Virus record (IMG/VR): IMGVR_UViG_3300015202_000003
Span: 85,413-149,412 of that record
Strand: one strand, 5' to 3'
Length of the DNA: 64,000 nt
Source: a virus
Below are positions 18,575-27,055 of this stretch, one piece after another. The notes under the pieces were generated by a model that was not told the origin of the DNA, did not search any database, and was given only the letters and a program-made list of their open reading frames with translations. The position numbers and the translations under genes were made by a program. The stretch's first letter is position 1. Every line of letters starts with the position of its first letter.

Positions 18575-18588
18575 GGAGTTTTAAAATC

Positions 18589-19143
18589 ATGCCAGTTACA
18601 AGTTTTGATGGGCGCCCTTCTCCTAAGCAAGTGAAAGAGGCAGAAGATTTTTATAACTCTCGAATAGGGTTGTGGAAACCTCCAACACCTTTTTTTGAGA
18701 TTCCTAAAGGGCTAACCTCTTCTGAAATTTTAGATATTATTTTAGGGGAGCCTGACCCTGAGCAACATCATATTGTGAAGGGTAGTAACTTTACCCGTCA
18801 ACATTCAACTTATAAAGTAAAAGGCTTAGAATTATATTTATGGGAGTGGATTCCTCGTTGGTGGGGAGAAAAACCCTATTCTCAGTGGCATCTCCCATTT
18901 GGCCCTAAAATACATTTAACTTCTCAATTAGAGAAAAAAATAAAATCTTACGCGGCTTCTTTCAAAGAAGATTACTATAACGAAGATATTTATTTCATTG
19001 AGTGGGGGGATAGCGAAAAAGAGAGTTTAGGAATGGCTAAGTTTTTTTGTAATTTAAAAAGTTTTAAACAAACAACAGTTCCTCTTAAAGAAAAAGATTG
19101 TTTAAATAGAACTGAATGTTATTTGTTTGATTTTGAGTTTTAG
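18589..19143 (+). CDS. Hypothetical protein
   Basis: AAGGAG RBS, ATG ORF. Confidence 0.6.
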   Translation: MPVTSFDGRPSPKQVKEAEDFYNSRIGLWKPPTPFFEIPKGLTSSEILDIILGEPDPEQHHIVKGSNFTRQHSTYKVKGLELYLWEWIPRWWGEKPYSQWHLPFGPKIHLTSQLEKKIKSYAASFKEDYYNEDIYFIEWGDSEKESLGMAKFFCNLKSFKQTTVPLKEKDCLNRTECYLFDFEF

Positions 19144-19159
19144 TTTGGGGGTTTTCATA

Positions 19160-19516
19160 ATGAAGTTAAATTATAAAAATTTGAAAGGTTTTGGTTTTAA
19201 ATATCATGGGATGTTTGAACCTGTAGACAGTTCAATAGGTTTATTTTCTATCGCTTTGGAAGATGAGAAAGAAGCTAAAATAGTTTTTGTTTGTTCTTAC
19301 GGCGATAGCCAACACATCCCTTGCACGTTAGGCGTTTTTAATTTAACAAAAGAACAGTTTAAAAAATATAAATCGAACAAACTAAGTTTACTTCCTCCCG
19401 GACATTGTTCTCCTTCTACAAGTGAAGGAGAAACTTTGTTGAAACACTGTCGGGTTTTATATTCAGAAAAAATAAAGTCTAAAAAACATTTGCAAAAACT
19501 GTTAAGTTTAATTTAA
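19160..19516 (+). CDS. Hypothetical protein
   Basis: ATG at 19160 within the listed ORF. Confidence 0.55.
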   Translation: MKLNYKNLKGFGFKYHGMFEPVDSSIGLFSIALEDEKEAKIVFVCSYGDSQHIPCTLGVFNLTKEQFKKYKSNKLSLLPPGHCSPSTSEGETLLKHCRVLYSEKIKSKKHLQKLLSLI

Positions 19517-19520
19517 AATT

Positions 19521-19814
19521 ATGGTTGTTAAAGCTATTCAATGTTCTAATCCCGGATGCGGGGATAAAATTTTTAGTAGGACAAATCACGATTTCCGCTC
19601 TTGTTCTTGCGGGAGCGTTTCAATTGATGGGGGGCAATCCGACTACTACAGAATTTTATGGGATGATACTGAAATGGTTTCTCCCAAACCATTTGATTTA
19701 GACATTGGGGATGTTACTTTAAAAGATTTATATAATGATTGGAACATGAGAGTAGACCATTACGGTTTAATTAAGAAAAACACTTTTGTTGTGGAAAAGA
19801 TGATGGACATTTAA
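19521..19814 (+). CDS. Zinc-binding phage protein
   Basis: AIQC....CGD.I.S...HDF..C.CG.V.IDGG pattern. Confidence 0.7.
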   Translation: MVVKAIQCSNPGCGDKIFSRTNHDFRSCSCGSVSIDGGQSDYYRILWDDTEMVSPKPFDLDIGDVTLKDLYNDWNMRVDHYGLIKKNTFVVEKMMDI

Positions 19815-19821
19815 AGAAATT

Positions 19822-20076
19822 ATGACAACGGAACAAAAAGAAGTTATACTTGATCAGGTTAAAAAAATTGACAATCACAAAAATTGGTTTCATTTTATTT
19901 TATCTGGTTTAGAAAATTTTTTAGATTGTAACCCTACGTTTCTATTTGAATTAATTTTCTTAGAGGCTCTGAAAGAGCGTGAAAGAAAAGGTTCTCATTC
20001 TACTGTTTCAGAAGAGGCATCTTTTATTTTTAAAGAATTAGGTTTTAAAAAAGTTGATAGTCCTTTAAAGGATTAA
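19822..20076 (+). CDS. Hypothetical protein
   Basis: ATG ORF. Confidence 0.5.
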   Translation: MTTEQKEVILDQVKKIDNHKNWFHFILSGLENFLDCNPTFLFELIFLEALKERERKGSHSTVSEEASFIFKELGFKKVDSPLKD

Positions 20077-20298
20077 ACAAATTAAATTTATTTTTAGTTT
20101 TACCTAATGAAAAAACAAATTGTTAAAATTAACGGGAGAAGGGGTTGATAACTGGATTCATGCACTCGATTATAGCGAGTTTATCTTTGAGCGATAAACT
20201 CTTTCAAACTCGCTAAACTCCTTCAATCTACAAAGAGTTCTTACGTTAATGAGAACTTTTTTCTCTCTCTCTTTTGAGGGGTCTTTTAAATAAACAAC

Positions 20299-20622
20299 AT
20301 GAAAAATATAATTTTAGATGAATACAAATTGAGCGGGGATAATTTTGAAAAAAGAGATATAGAAGCATCTGAAACGAAAGAAAAAATTAAATTTGTAGAA
20401 AAGGGCTTTGCCAATATCGGCTCCGCGATCCGCGCGTCCGAACTGGCGAACGATCTGTTCATCACCGCGAGCATAGCCACAGAGGGCGCGAAGGCAATCG
20501 ACGTGCTGCGTGCGACTTTGGAAACTGTGACGGTTAAAGCAACTGTGGGCGAAGTGCGACAAGGCCAACCACGCGCTGTGGCAACAGATGATCTCGACTG
20601 GGAATTTTTGGAATTCGAGTAA
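20299..20622 (+). CDS. Hypothetical protein, compositionally chimeric
   Basis: AT-rich 5' third, visibly GC-richer after ~20405. Confidence 0.55.
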   Translation: MKNIILDEYKLSGDNFEKRDIEASETKEKIKFVEKGFANIGSAIRASELANDLFITASIATEGAKAIDVLRATLETVTVKATVGEVRQGQPRAVATDDLDWEFLEFE

Positions 20623-20628
20623 AGCCTT

Positions 20629-21174
20629 ATGTTCTCCGGAAAAAGATTAATAGATAGAATTGATAGTAGAGTGGATACATTTAAGCATATCCAAACTGTT
20701 CAAAAATATATGTTGCGCTGTATTTCGCAATTAATAGAACGCCAAAGAGTTCACGACCAATCTAAATTGGTTTCACCAGAAGTAGAAATCTTTGATGAAT
20801 ACACTCCTAAACTTAAAGAATCAACCTATGGTTCTGATGAATATAAAACATTTTTAGTTGGTATGAGAGTAGGTTTAGATCATCATTATCTTGTAAATTC
20901 TCATCATCCTGAACATTGTGCTTTTGAAAATGGTGAAGTTAATCAGGAGTTAGTAAGAAACGGCACAGCTATATCGAGAATGAACTTATTAGATTTGGTG
21001 GAGCTTGTGACTGATTGGATGGCTGCGGTTGAACGCCACGATACAGGTAATATAGAAGAGTCAATTGAAATTAATCAAAAAAGATTTGGGTATGATGACC
21101 AACTAAAGAGTATTATAAGGAACACGGTTCACATAATACAGGAGGATGTTCAGAAATCTTCCGACACATCTTAA
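20629..21174 (+). CDS. HD-like phage protein (DUF5662-like)
   Basis: TFKHI..V, HDQSKL.SPE, TYGSDEYK, LDHHY..NSHHPEH, MNLLDLVE..DW. Confidence 0.75.
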   Translation: MFSGKRLIDRIDSRVDTFKHIQTVQKYMLRCISQLIERQRVHDQSKLVSPEVEIFDEYTPKLKESTYGSDEYKTFLVGMRVGLDHHYLVNSHHPEHCAFENGEVNQELVRNGTAISRMNLLDLVELVTDWMAAVERHDTGNIEESIEINQKRFGYDDQLKSIIRNTVHIIQEDVQKSSDTS

Positions 21175-21234
21175 CAAAGAACTTTTCTGGTAATTTATTT
21201 TTCATAATACTCTTGAATTAATTGAGGACAAAAC

Positions 21235-21606
21235 ATGAATAGAACAGAAACCATTAATAATGAAGGTGTAAAAACTATTTATTTTGACTCAAATCAAAAA
21301 TTTGTAATTTACCCTCTTTCACAAACTCTTAAAGAAAAAGCTGTGAATTACTTGAAAACAGAATTACATCCTGATGTGCTTAAAGAAATTAAGTATGCTT
21401 ATGATGAAAACGGAGAATCATGGATTTCTGGCCATCATTTATTCTTTGGCATGGGAATCCGTAATTTACTTCGTAATATAATCAAAGATAATGAACTACC
21501 TAAAAATATCTGGAATGACACAGAAGGAAACCAAAATTGGGATGATTATTATGTTCTCGTATTAGAGATAGCTGCGGAAATAAAACCAATTGAAGCCAAT
21601 GATTAA
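21235..21606 (+). CDS. Hypothetical phage protein
   Basis: HLFFGMGIRNLLR, WDDYY motifs; GAGG RBS. Confidence 0.6.
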   Translation: MNRTETINNEGVKTIYFDSNQKFVIYPLSQTLKEKAVNYLKTELHPDVLKEIKYAYDENGESWISGHHLFFGMGIRNLLRNIIKDNELPKNIWNDTEGNQNWDDYYVLVLEIAAEIKPIEAND

Positions 21607-21772
21607 AAACGATTTCGATCATTTCAAGAACTTAGAGCAACGCACCCTTGATGCTTTGCCCCGTCCCGCCGAGGAAAAACCTTGGAACGAATGGACAGAA
21701 AAAGAGCAGCGGGAATGGCTCGCAGCTAAACAAATGCGCGACGCCGCTCTGGACGCCTACTGGGAAAAATGA
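21599..21772 (+). CDS. Hypothetical protein (GC-rich island)
   Basis: ATG overlapping the previous gene end. Confidence 0.5.
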   Translation: MIKNDFDHFKNLEQRTLDALPRPAEEKPWNEWTEKEQREWLAAKQMRDAALDAYWEK

Positions 21773-21880
21773 ACCGCCACACTTCCAAGACACGCTCGCG
21801 CCGTCGCGGTTTAAGACACCCACCGATTACGGTGCTGACGGGATGTGTCGCTATGAACTTTTTGAGGAACTACTCAAACC

Positions 21881-22207
21881 ATGACACCTACCACACCCAT
21901 TGACAACTACACCCCGATTCTGATAATCCTCTGCGGCCTTGCTTTCCTGTTCGGTTGCGGAGTTGGTTTCTGGTGGCGCGGAGCCGAAGTAAAAGCCGCC
22001 GAAGTGGACGTGGTTTTCTGGAAGAAGATCGGCAGACGAAAACTCGCCGAACTTCGCCGCGCCCGTAAAAGCGCCGACAAAACCATAGACGGCCTCCACG
22101 TCGCGCTCTCGGCGCAAAACAAGGAACTCGCCGAATGGCGCGCACATGGCGTCAGGCGCGACTCGAAAAGCGGGCGTATTTTGCCCAAGGAAAACTATGA
22201 ACTCTGA
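21881..22207 (+). CDS. Membrane-anchored coiled-coil protein with C-terminal RDSKSGRILP motif
   Basis: TM helix ILIILCGLAFLFGCGVGFWW, coiled coil, basic tail. Confidence 0.6.
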   Translation: MTPTTPIDNYTPILIILCGLAFLFGCGVGFWWRGAEVKAAEVDVVFWKKIGRRKLAELRRARKSADKTIDGLHVALSAQNKELAEWRAHGVRRDSKSGRILPKENYEL

Positions 22208-22328
22208 ACTCGAAAAATATCAGAAACCAATTTTTGAAGTTGGGAACACTATTCAATCGTGCCCTAATCTAATTGAGGGTGGCCCCTATCGCGTCCATCT
22301 CTCCGATTGCGGCATAGCGGTTTATTAG
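22197..22328 (+). CDS. Small ORF whose stop codon is supplied by the tnpB element left end
   Basis: AAGGA RBS, ATG 22197; TAG 22326-22328 is the first triplet after the predicted TTAT target. Confidence 0.45.
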   Translation: MNSELEKYQKPIFEVGNTIQSCPNLIEGGPYRVHLSDCGIAVY

Positions 22329-22457
22329 AAAAGGGCGTAAAACCCCTGAGCTTGTCTCAGGGGATACAAGCCCCGTCGTCGTTCCGACGACTTGAAAGTA
22401 GCAGGAACCTCAATCCCCGCAGTTCGTTTAACCAAGTAATAGTTTCTGGTTAAAGCA

Positions 22458-23618
22458 ATGCTGAAAGCCTACCGATACCGAATTTTTCCAACCAAAGAGC
22501 AGCAAATCACGCTGTCTAAATTCTTTGGTTGTTCTCGTTTCGTCTCGAACTGGGCGCTGGAAACCAAGCTCAAATTCCAAACCGAAAAGAGCGACGGCAT
22601 TAGCCGTTTCAACCTTCTCAACCTTTTGCCCGCCTTGAAAAAGGAGCATGGGTTTTTGGGAGATTGTCATTCGCAAGTTCTTCAAAACGGTGTTGACCGC
22701 GTTCACGTTGCTTTTGGCGAGTTTCTCAAAGGCAAGCGCGGTTGTCCTAACTGGAAGTCAAAAAAGAATCCTGTTTGCTCGGTTTCGTTTCCGCAAAGCG
22801 TGAAGTTGGAAGGCAAGCGTATCAAACTGCCCAAAATTGGAAGCGTGAAGATTGTGGTGCATCGGGAGTTTGAGGGCCAAATTAAGACTGTCACGGTTTC
22901 AAGGGTTGCATCGGGCAAATACTTCGCTTCGATTTTGGTAGAGGATGGGAAAGAATTGCCCGACACAGAGAAAGTAGAAACGCAAAGCGCAGTTGGACTT
23001 GATTTTGGCATTAAAGACCTTTGCGTAGCCAGTGACGGTAGAACGTGGAATTACGGCGACAACCTCAAAGAAGCAGAAAAGAGTGTGATTCGCTATCAGA
23101 AAAAGTTGAGCCGCAAAGTCAAAGGTAGCAAGAACTTTTTGAAAGCCAAAACCAAGTTAGCCCGCAAGTGGGAAAAGGTCGCTAACATCCGCAACGATGT
23201 TTTGCACAAGATAAGTCACGAAGTCCTCAGTGAGAATCAAACTGTGGTTATCGAAGATTTAGCTGTGAAAAACATGGTGAAAAACCGGAAGTTAGCGCGG
23301 GCTATTTCTCGTCAAGGCTGGTCAACGCTTCGCAACTATCTGACTTACAAAGCCGCATTTAGAGGCAAGAATCTTTTGGTGATTGACCGTTTCGAGCCAA
23401 GTAGTAAGCTCTGTCACGCTTGCGGAGTGGTCAACAAAGAATTGAAGTTGTCGCAAAGAGAATGGACTTGTGTTTGCGGAAGCAAGCACGACAGGGACAA
23501 AAATGCTGCGGTGAATATCCGCAACATGGGTTTAAATAAGCATAGTCTGGCCTCTGGAATAGGGGCTGCTGCCTTTCGAGGGAATGTTAGTCTTGCTTCG
23601 GCAAGCGTTTCCCGTTGA
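22458..23618 (+). CDS. tnpB: TnpB RNA-guided endonuclease, predicted catalytically intact
   Basis: KAYRYRIFP N-terminus, RuvC-I GLDFG, RuvC-II IEDL, Zn ribbon CHAC/CVC, RuvC-III DRDKNAA. Confidence 0.95.
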   Translation: MLKAYRYRIFPTKEQQITLSKFFGCSRFVSNWALETKLKFQTEKSDGISRFNLLNLLPALKKEHGFLGDCHSQVLQNGVDRVHVAFGEFLKGKRGCPNWKSKKNPVCSVSFPQSVKLEGKRIKLPKIGSVKIVVHREFEGQIKTVTVSRVASGKYFASILVEDGKELPDTEKVETQSAVGLDFGIKDLCVASDGRTWNYGDNLKEAEKSVIRYQKKLSRKVKGSKNFLKAKTKLARKWEKVANIRNDVLHKISHEVLSENQTVVIEDLAVKNMVKNRKLARAISRQGWSTLRNYLTYKAAFRGKNLLVIDRFEPSSKLCHACGVVNKELKLSQREWTCVCGSKHDRDKNAAVNIRNMGLNKHSLASGIGAAAFRGNVSLASASVSR

Positions 23619-23656
23619 AGAAGGAAGCCCCTCTGCTTGTCAGAGGGGTAATTCAC
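23545..23656 (+). ncRNA. TnpB omegaRNA scaffold (type A) overlapping the tnpB 3' end; 5' boundary approximate
   Basis: Nested stems cctt/aagg, ggga/tccc, cttgc-ttcg-gcaag, then the right-end hairpin; known TnpB architecture. Confidence 0.7.
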
Positions 23657-23747
23657 TTCCGGGCTATTAGGAGATTTTAAGGGGGTAATTCACATCTCTT
23701 ATTTAAATTAGCTCTTGGCTAAATTTTAGTTTTGGGTTAAAATTTTA

Positions 23748-24116
23748 ATGATGAAAAATTCAATGTGTTTAGGTTTATGTTTGACGGGAATTTTGGGTTT
23801 GGTTTCTAACTCTTATTCTCATCCCCATGTTTTAAGTTCCAGAGCAAGTTTTTATAGATTGCTGGGAGGCGCGAAGGATATGGAGTGTGCTTCTCGTCAT
23901 TATCAAAGAGGTTCAAAGGTTCTGGTTTGGAACGCAACAGGTGGAAAACATACAAGAAAATGGCTCTTGACTGTGACGGACGCTGGCCCTTACGTTTCAG
24001 GCAGAGAGTTCGATTTAAGCCCTGAAGCGTTTGAAAGAGTTTTTGGTTCTACTTCAAAGGGAGTTTGTAAAATTTCTTACAGGGTAATTAAGCAGGTAGG
24101 TAGATTACGAGAGTAG
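23748..24116 (+). CDS. rlpA: RlpA-like double-psi beta-barrel protein with signal peptide
   Basis: ASFY, CASRH..GSKVLV.N, VTDAGPY..GREFDLS..AF. Confidence 0.8.
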   Translation: MMKNSMCLGLCLTGILGLVSNSYSHPHVLSSRASFYRLLGGAKDMECASRHYQRGSKVLVWNATGGKHTRKWLLTVTDAGPYVSGREFDLSPEAFERVFGSTSKGVCKISYRVIKQVGRLRE

Positions 24117-24126
24117 CTTTTAAAAA

Positions 24127-24266
24127 TATGCTTCGGCGTTGGTGGGCACACGCAGATTTGGAAAGAATCGTTTGAAAGATAAAGAGAGTCCAACAAAAAG
24201 AATATTCTTTTTGTTCCGATGTTCTAATAAACTTTCAAGAAGGGGGTTCAAATCCCCCAAGCATTT
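24127..24266 (+). ncRNA. tRNA-like RNA with a long insertion in the anticodon arm
   Basis: Acceptor ATGCTT/AAGCAT, D stem GCGT/ACGC with TGG loop, T arm GGGGG-TTCAAAT-CCCCC; no CCA; anticodon not assignable. Confidence 0.6.
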
Positions 24267-24276
24267 TTAAGTTTTT

Positions 24277-24309
24277 AAGAACAGGGTTTTAAAGAATACC
24301 TTTGTTCTT
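24277..24309 (+). terminator. Putative intrinsic terminator after the tRNA-like RNA
   Basis: aagaacaggg...cctttgttctt imperfect hairpin followed by T-rich tract. Confidence 0.4.
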
Positions 24310-24531
24310 CTTATTTCTTTTATTAAAAAACAAGGAAAATCTTCGTTCTTTGTGTTTCGTTTAATAATGGTAAGGAGAAAAATTTTTATTTAGAAAAGAT
24401 GCACGAAGAGTTCGAGAAACTTTTTTCACTGTGAGTGAATAAGAATAAGGGGAAAGTAAAATGCTGTGCATTAGTTTTCAAAGTTGTTAGACTAATAAAG
24501 TAAATAAAGAAAAGGAGAAATTAAAAAAACC

Positions 24532-25590
24532 ATGATTGTTCTTCAAGAGTTAACGCAGCGTTTATACGATAAAAACCCTCAGCAATTTCAGGGTTCTTGT
24601 TTATCTTACGGATTAGAAAACAATTGTTTTGAATTTGTATGGGAGTCGGATTTATCTGAAATGGATTTTATTAGACAAAATCCACAGCTTCAATTTGAGG
24701 CTCATACATTAACTTCCTTGTATGATACGGAGCCTCAATGGAACAAAACACAAGACAATTTAATTTCCTTATTTTTCCAAACTAATCTGCCTGTTGATGA
24801 GATAGGTTTATTAAATTTATCTTTTGAAGTCAGAGAAATTTTAGACGTAACATCTTTAACTCATAAGATAGAGGCAAGTTTCCCGGATGTTTCTTCTCCT
24901 GAAGAATTGTCATATTCTCAATACGAACAAGTTGAAAATCTTTGTTCTTTTTTGAATAGAGAGCCTGTTTGGTTTGTAAAAGAAGACGAACCTAATTTTT
25001 CATTGGCTTTAAAATTAATTTTTCCATTAGAGTTAGAAGACCCCAGAACATCTTTTTACGATGAAGATTTCGTATTGGAACACAGAGGAGAGGAAAACGA
25101 TTGGTCTTTTTCTTTGTTAGATTTAAAGTTGTTGGGTTATGATGCACAGGAGGTATTAGAAATGTATGAAAATTTAGGTAAAGCTGTTACAATTCAAGAA
25201 GATTCCGAAGAAGAATTTATCCCAGACAAGTCTTCTTTGGTCAAAGATTACGGAACGGTAGAAGATACTTTGTTAGGAAGAGAAGTTGTTTATTTTAAAT
25301 TGGGTGATAACAGAATAGAATATAGATATGAATGTAAGGGTAAAACTGCCAAAGAAGCTCTTGAAGCCTATTTAAATGATGTAAGGAAAAACACAAAGAG
25401 TTTGGGAGTTTCTTACAATAAATTTGTAAAATTCTCCTCTGATTGGAAAGAAGTAATGACTTCCAAAGGTTCTTTACAGGATAGGGGAATGGAAGCATCC
25501 TATATTTCTCCTAAATCTATTGGCTCTTCAATTACGGCATCAAAAGCCCACGATTCAAACGTTTCCAGAAGAACGGGAAAAAGGAGTTAA
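24532..25590 (+). CDS. Hypothetical acidic protein
   Basis: 352-aa ATG ORF. Confidence 0.65.
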   Translation: MIVLQELTQRLYDKNPQQFQGSCLSYGLENNCFEFVWESDLSEMDFIRQNPQLQFEAHTLTSLYDTEPQWNKTQDNLISLFFQTNLPVDEIGLLNLSFEVREILDVTSLTHKIEASFPDVSSPEELSYSQYEQVENLCSFLNREPVWFVKEDEPNFSLALKLIFPLELEDPRTSFYDEDFVLEHRGEENDWSFSLLDLKLLGYDAQEVLEMYENLGKAVTIQEDSEEEFIPDKSSLVKDYGTVEDTLLGREVVYFKLGDNRIEYRYECKGKTAKEALEAYLNDVRKNTKSLGVSYNKFVKFSSDWKEVMTSKGSLQDRGMEASYISPKSIGSSITASKAHDSNVSRRTGKRS

Positions 25591-25654
25591 TTTAAAAACA
25601 AACACATTGAATCTTTGTTCTTTGTGTTTGTTTTTTAACTTCCAAAAATTTAAA

Positions 25655-26329
25655 ATGTATTTAAACCCTTCAATTTCAAGTTTGTTTAGTTCCATGTTTG
25701 GTTCTCAGAACGAGGAGATTAAAAAACAAATTTCTTCCAATGGAATTTTTTATGTTTTTGATTTAAAAGATCAGAAACTTTTATGGGATTGCAAGCAAGT
25801 TGGAAAAGACGAATATGAAATTGTTTTTCCTTTATTTTGCCTTAAATTTTTAGAATTAGAGCAAGATTTCAAATGTGGGAAAGTCAACGGAAAAGCGTCT
25901 TTTACGGGGGAAGAGTTAGATATTCTTTCCGAAGAGTATGTTCCACAATTAAAAGATTGGAAAGAAAATTTCGACATTTTTTCTTTGTTTGTTTATTCGG
26001 TAAAAGAGTTATTGGGTTATTTACCTCAAACTAATCTCAAAGAAACACATGGTTTAGGTTTGGCTGTTTACCATGAAATAAACACTCCTAAGAGAGAAGC
26101 ATTAGATTTATTTTATGTATTTGGAGAGAACAGTTTTAAATTTACACTGTCTTACGAGGCTTATTATGAAGCCAAAACATCTGCTTCTTTTAGTTATTTG
26201 ACCCCTTATTTTGATTCTTTTTATTTAAATAAAATAGAAGAAGATCAGGGTGATTTAGAGTGTGAAATTAAAATTAGTAAGTTGCCGGATTTCTTTTCTT
26301 CTTTAAATTTATTTTTAAGTCAGTTTTAG
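25655..26329 (+). CDS. Hypothetical protein
   Basis: ATG at 25655 follows a TCTTTG-loop hairpin. Confidence 0.6.
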   Translation: MYLNPSISSLFSSMFGSQNEEIKKQISSNGIFYVFDLKDQKLLWDCKQVGKDEYEIVFPLFCLKFLELEQDFKCGKVNGKASFTGEELDILSEEYVPQLKDWKENFDIFSLFVYSVKELLGYLPQTNLKETHGLGLAVYHEINTPKREALDLFYVFGENSFKFTLSYEAYYEAKTSASFSYLTPYFDSFYLNKIEEDQGDLECEIKISKLPDFFSSLNLFLSQF

Positions 26330-26481
26330 TTAGTTGTTTTTTAGTTTATTTCTATTGTTTTGTGTCAATTAGTTTCGGGGTTAATTTTTCTTAGGGAGAT
26401 TGAAAAAATTTAAGCGTAGCACAAATTATATTTTAGTTTTTTCTTAGAGATTGAGTTGTAAGTTTTATATTCTTTTTAATT

Positions 26482-26898
26482 ATGTCACAGAAATTAAATT
26501 TTCCGTTTGTTGATGAGTTCAAGTCTGAATTTGAGAAATCGTTTGTTCCCGCCTATAAATTTAAACAATTAGATTCCAACATTATTTCCGTTGTAGATAG
26601 TTTGGGAAGAGAAGTAATAAATATAACTTTTGACCCGAAATTAGGAGATGAGCAAAACCCTATTTTTATTGTTAATTACGGTGAAAAATACTCTTCTATG
26701 GCGTGGCATAGGATTTTAGATAGGTTTGAAAGTATCTTTACTGGGATGCCGTATACGAAGACTTCTCTTTTCTTTCATATTTTAGCAGAAAAACTTAAAG
26801 CTCAAAGAGATGGTGCAAAAGAAAGGAAAGCAGAGTTAGAATCTGCTTGGTTTTCTGAGAGACTTCGTTTGTGGAAGTTAGGTATCAAAGTCCCTTAG
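26482..26898 (+). CDS. Hypothetical protein
   Basis: ATG ORF. Confidence 0.6.
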   Translation: MSQKLNFPFVDEFKSEFEKSFVPAYKFKQLDSNIISVVDSLGREVINITFDPKLGDEQNPIFIVNYGEKYSSMAWHRILDRFESIFTGMPYTKTSLFFHILAEKLKAQRDGAKERKAELESAWFSERLRLWKLGIKVP

Positions 26899-26973
26899 CG
26901 ATTTAAATATTTTTTAATCTTTGTGAGAACGGCCTTTTAATTTTTCCTCTCGTAATAAAAAAGAATTTACTCG

Positions 26974-27055
26974 TCGAGGGGAATATTAGTCTTGCTTCGG
27001 CAATAGTTTCTCGTTGAAGAAGGAAGCTCTTCTGCTTGTCAGGGTGGAAATTAAC
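26974..27055 (+). mobile_element. Solo degenerate copy of the type A omegaRNA/right end
   Basis: Aligns to 23576-23656 (ttagtcttgcttcggcaa ... cgttgaagaaggaagc ... tctgcttgtcag). Confidence 0.8.

Larger units (their letters stand above)
22326..23656 (+). mobile_element. IS200/IS605-family tnpB-only (IS1341-like) element
   Basis: Left end TTAT|...AAAA-cccctgag-CTTGT-ctcagggg; right end GAAG-ccccctctg-CTTGT-cagagggg-taaTTCAC; no tnpA inside. Confidence 0.85.

Noticed and set aside
24127-24266. tmRNA or canonical tRNA call
   Set aside because: No alanine-type acceptor, tag reading frame, CCA or definable 7-nt anticodon loop; kept only as tRNA-like.
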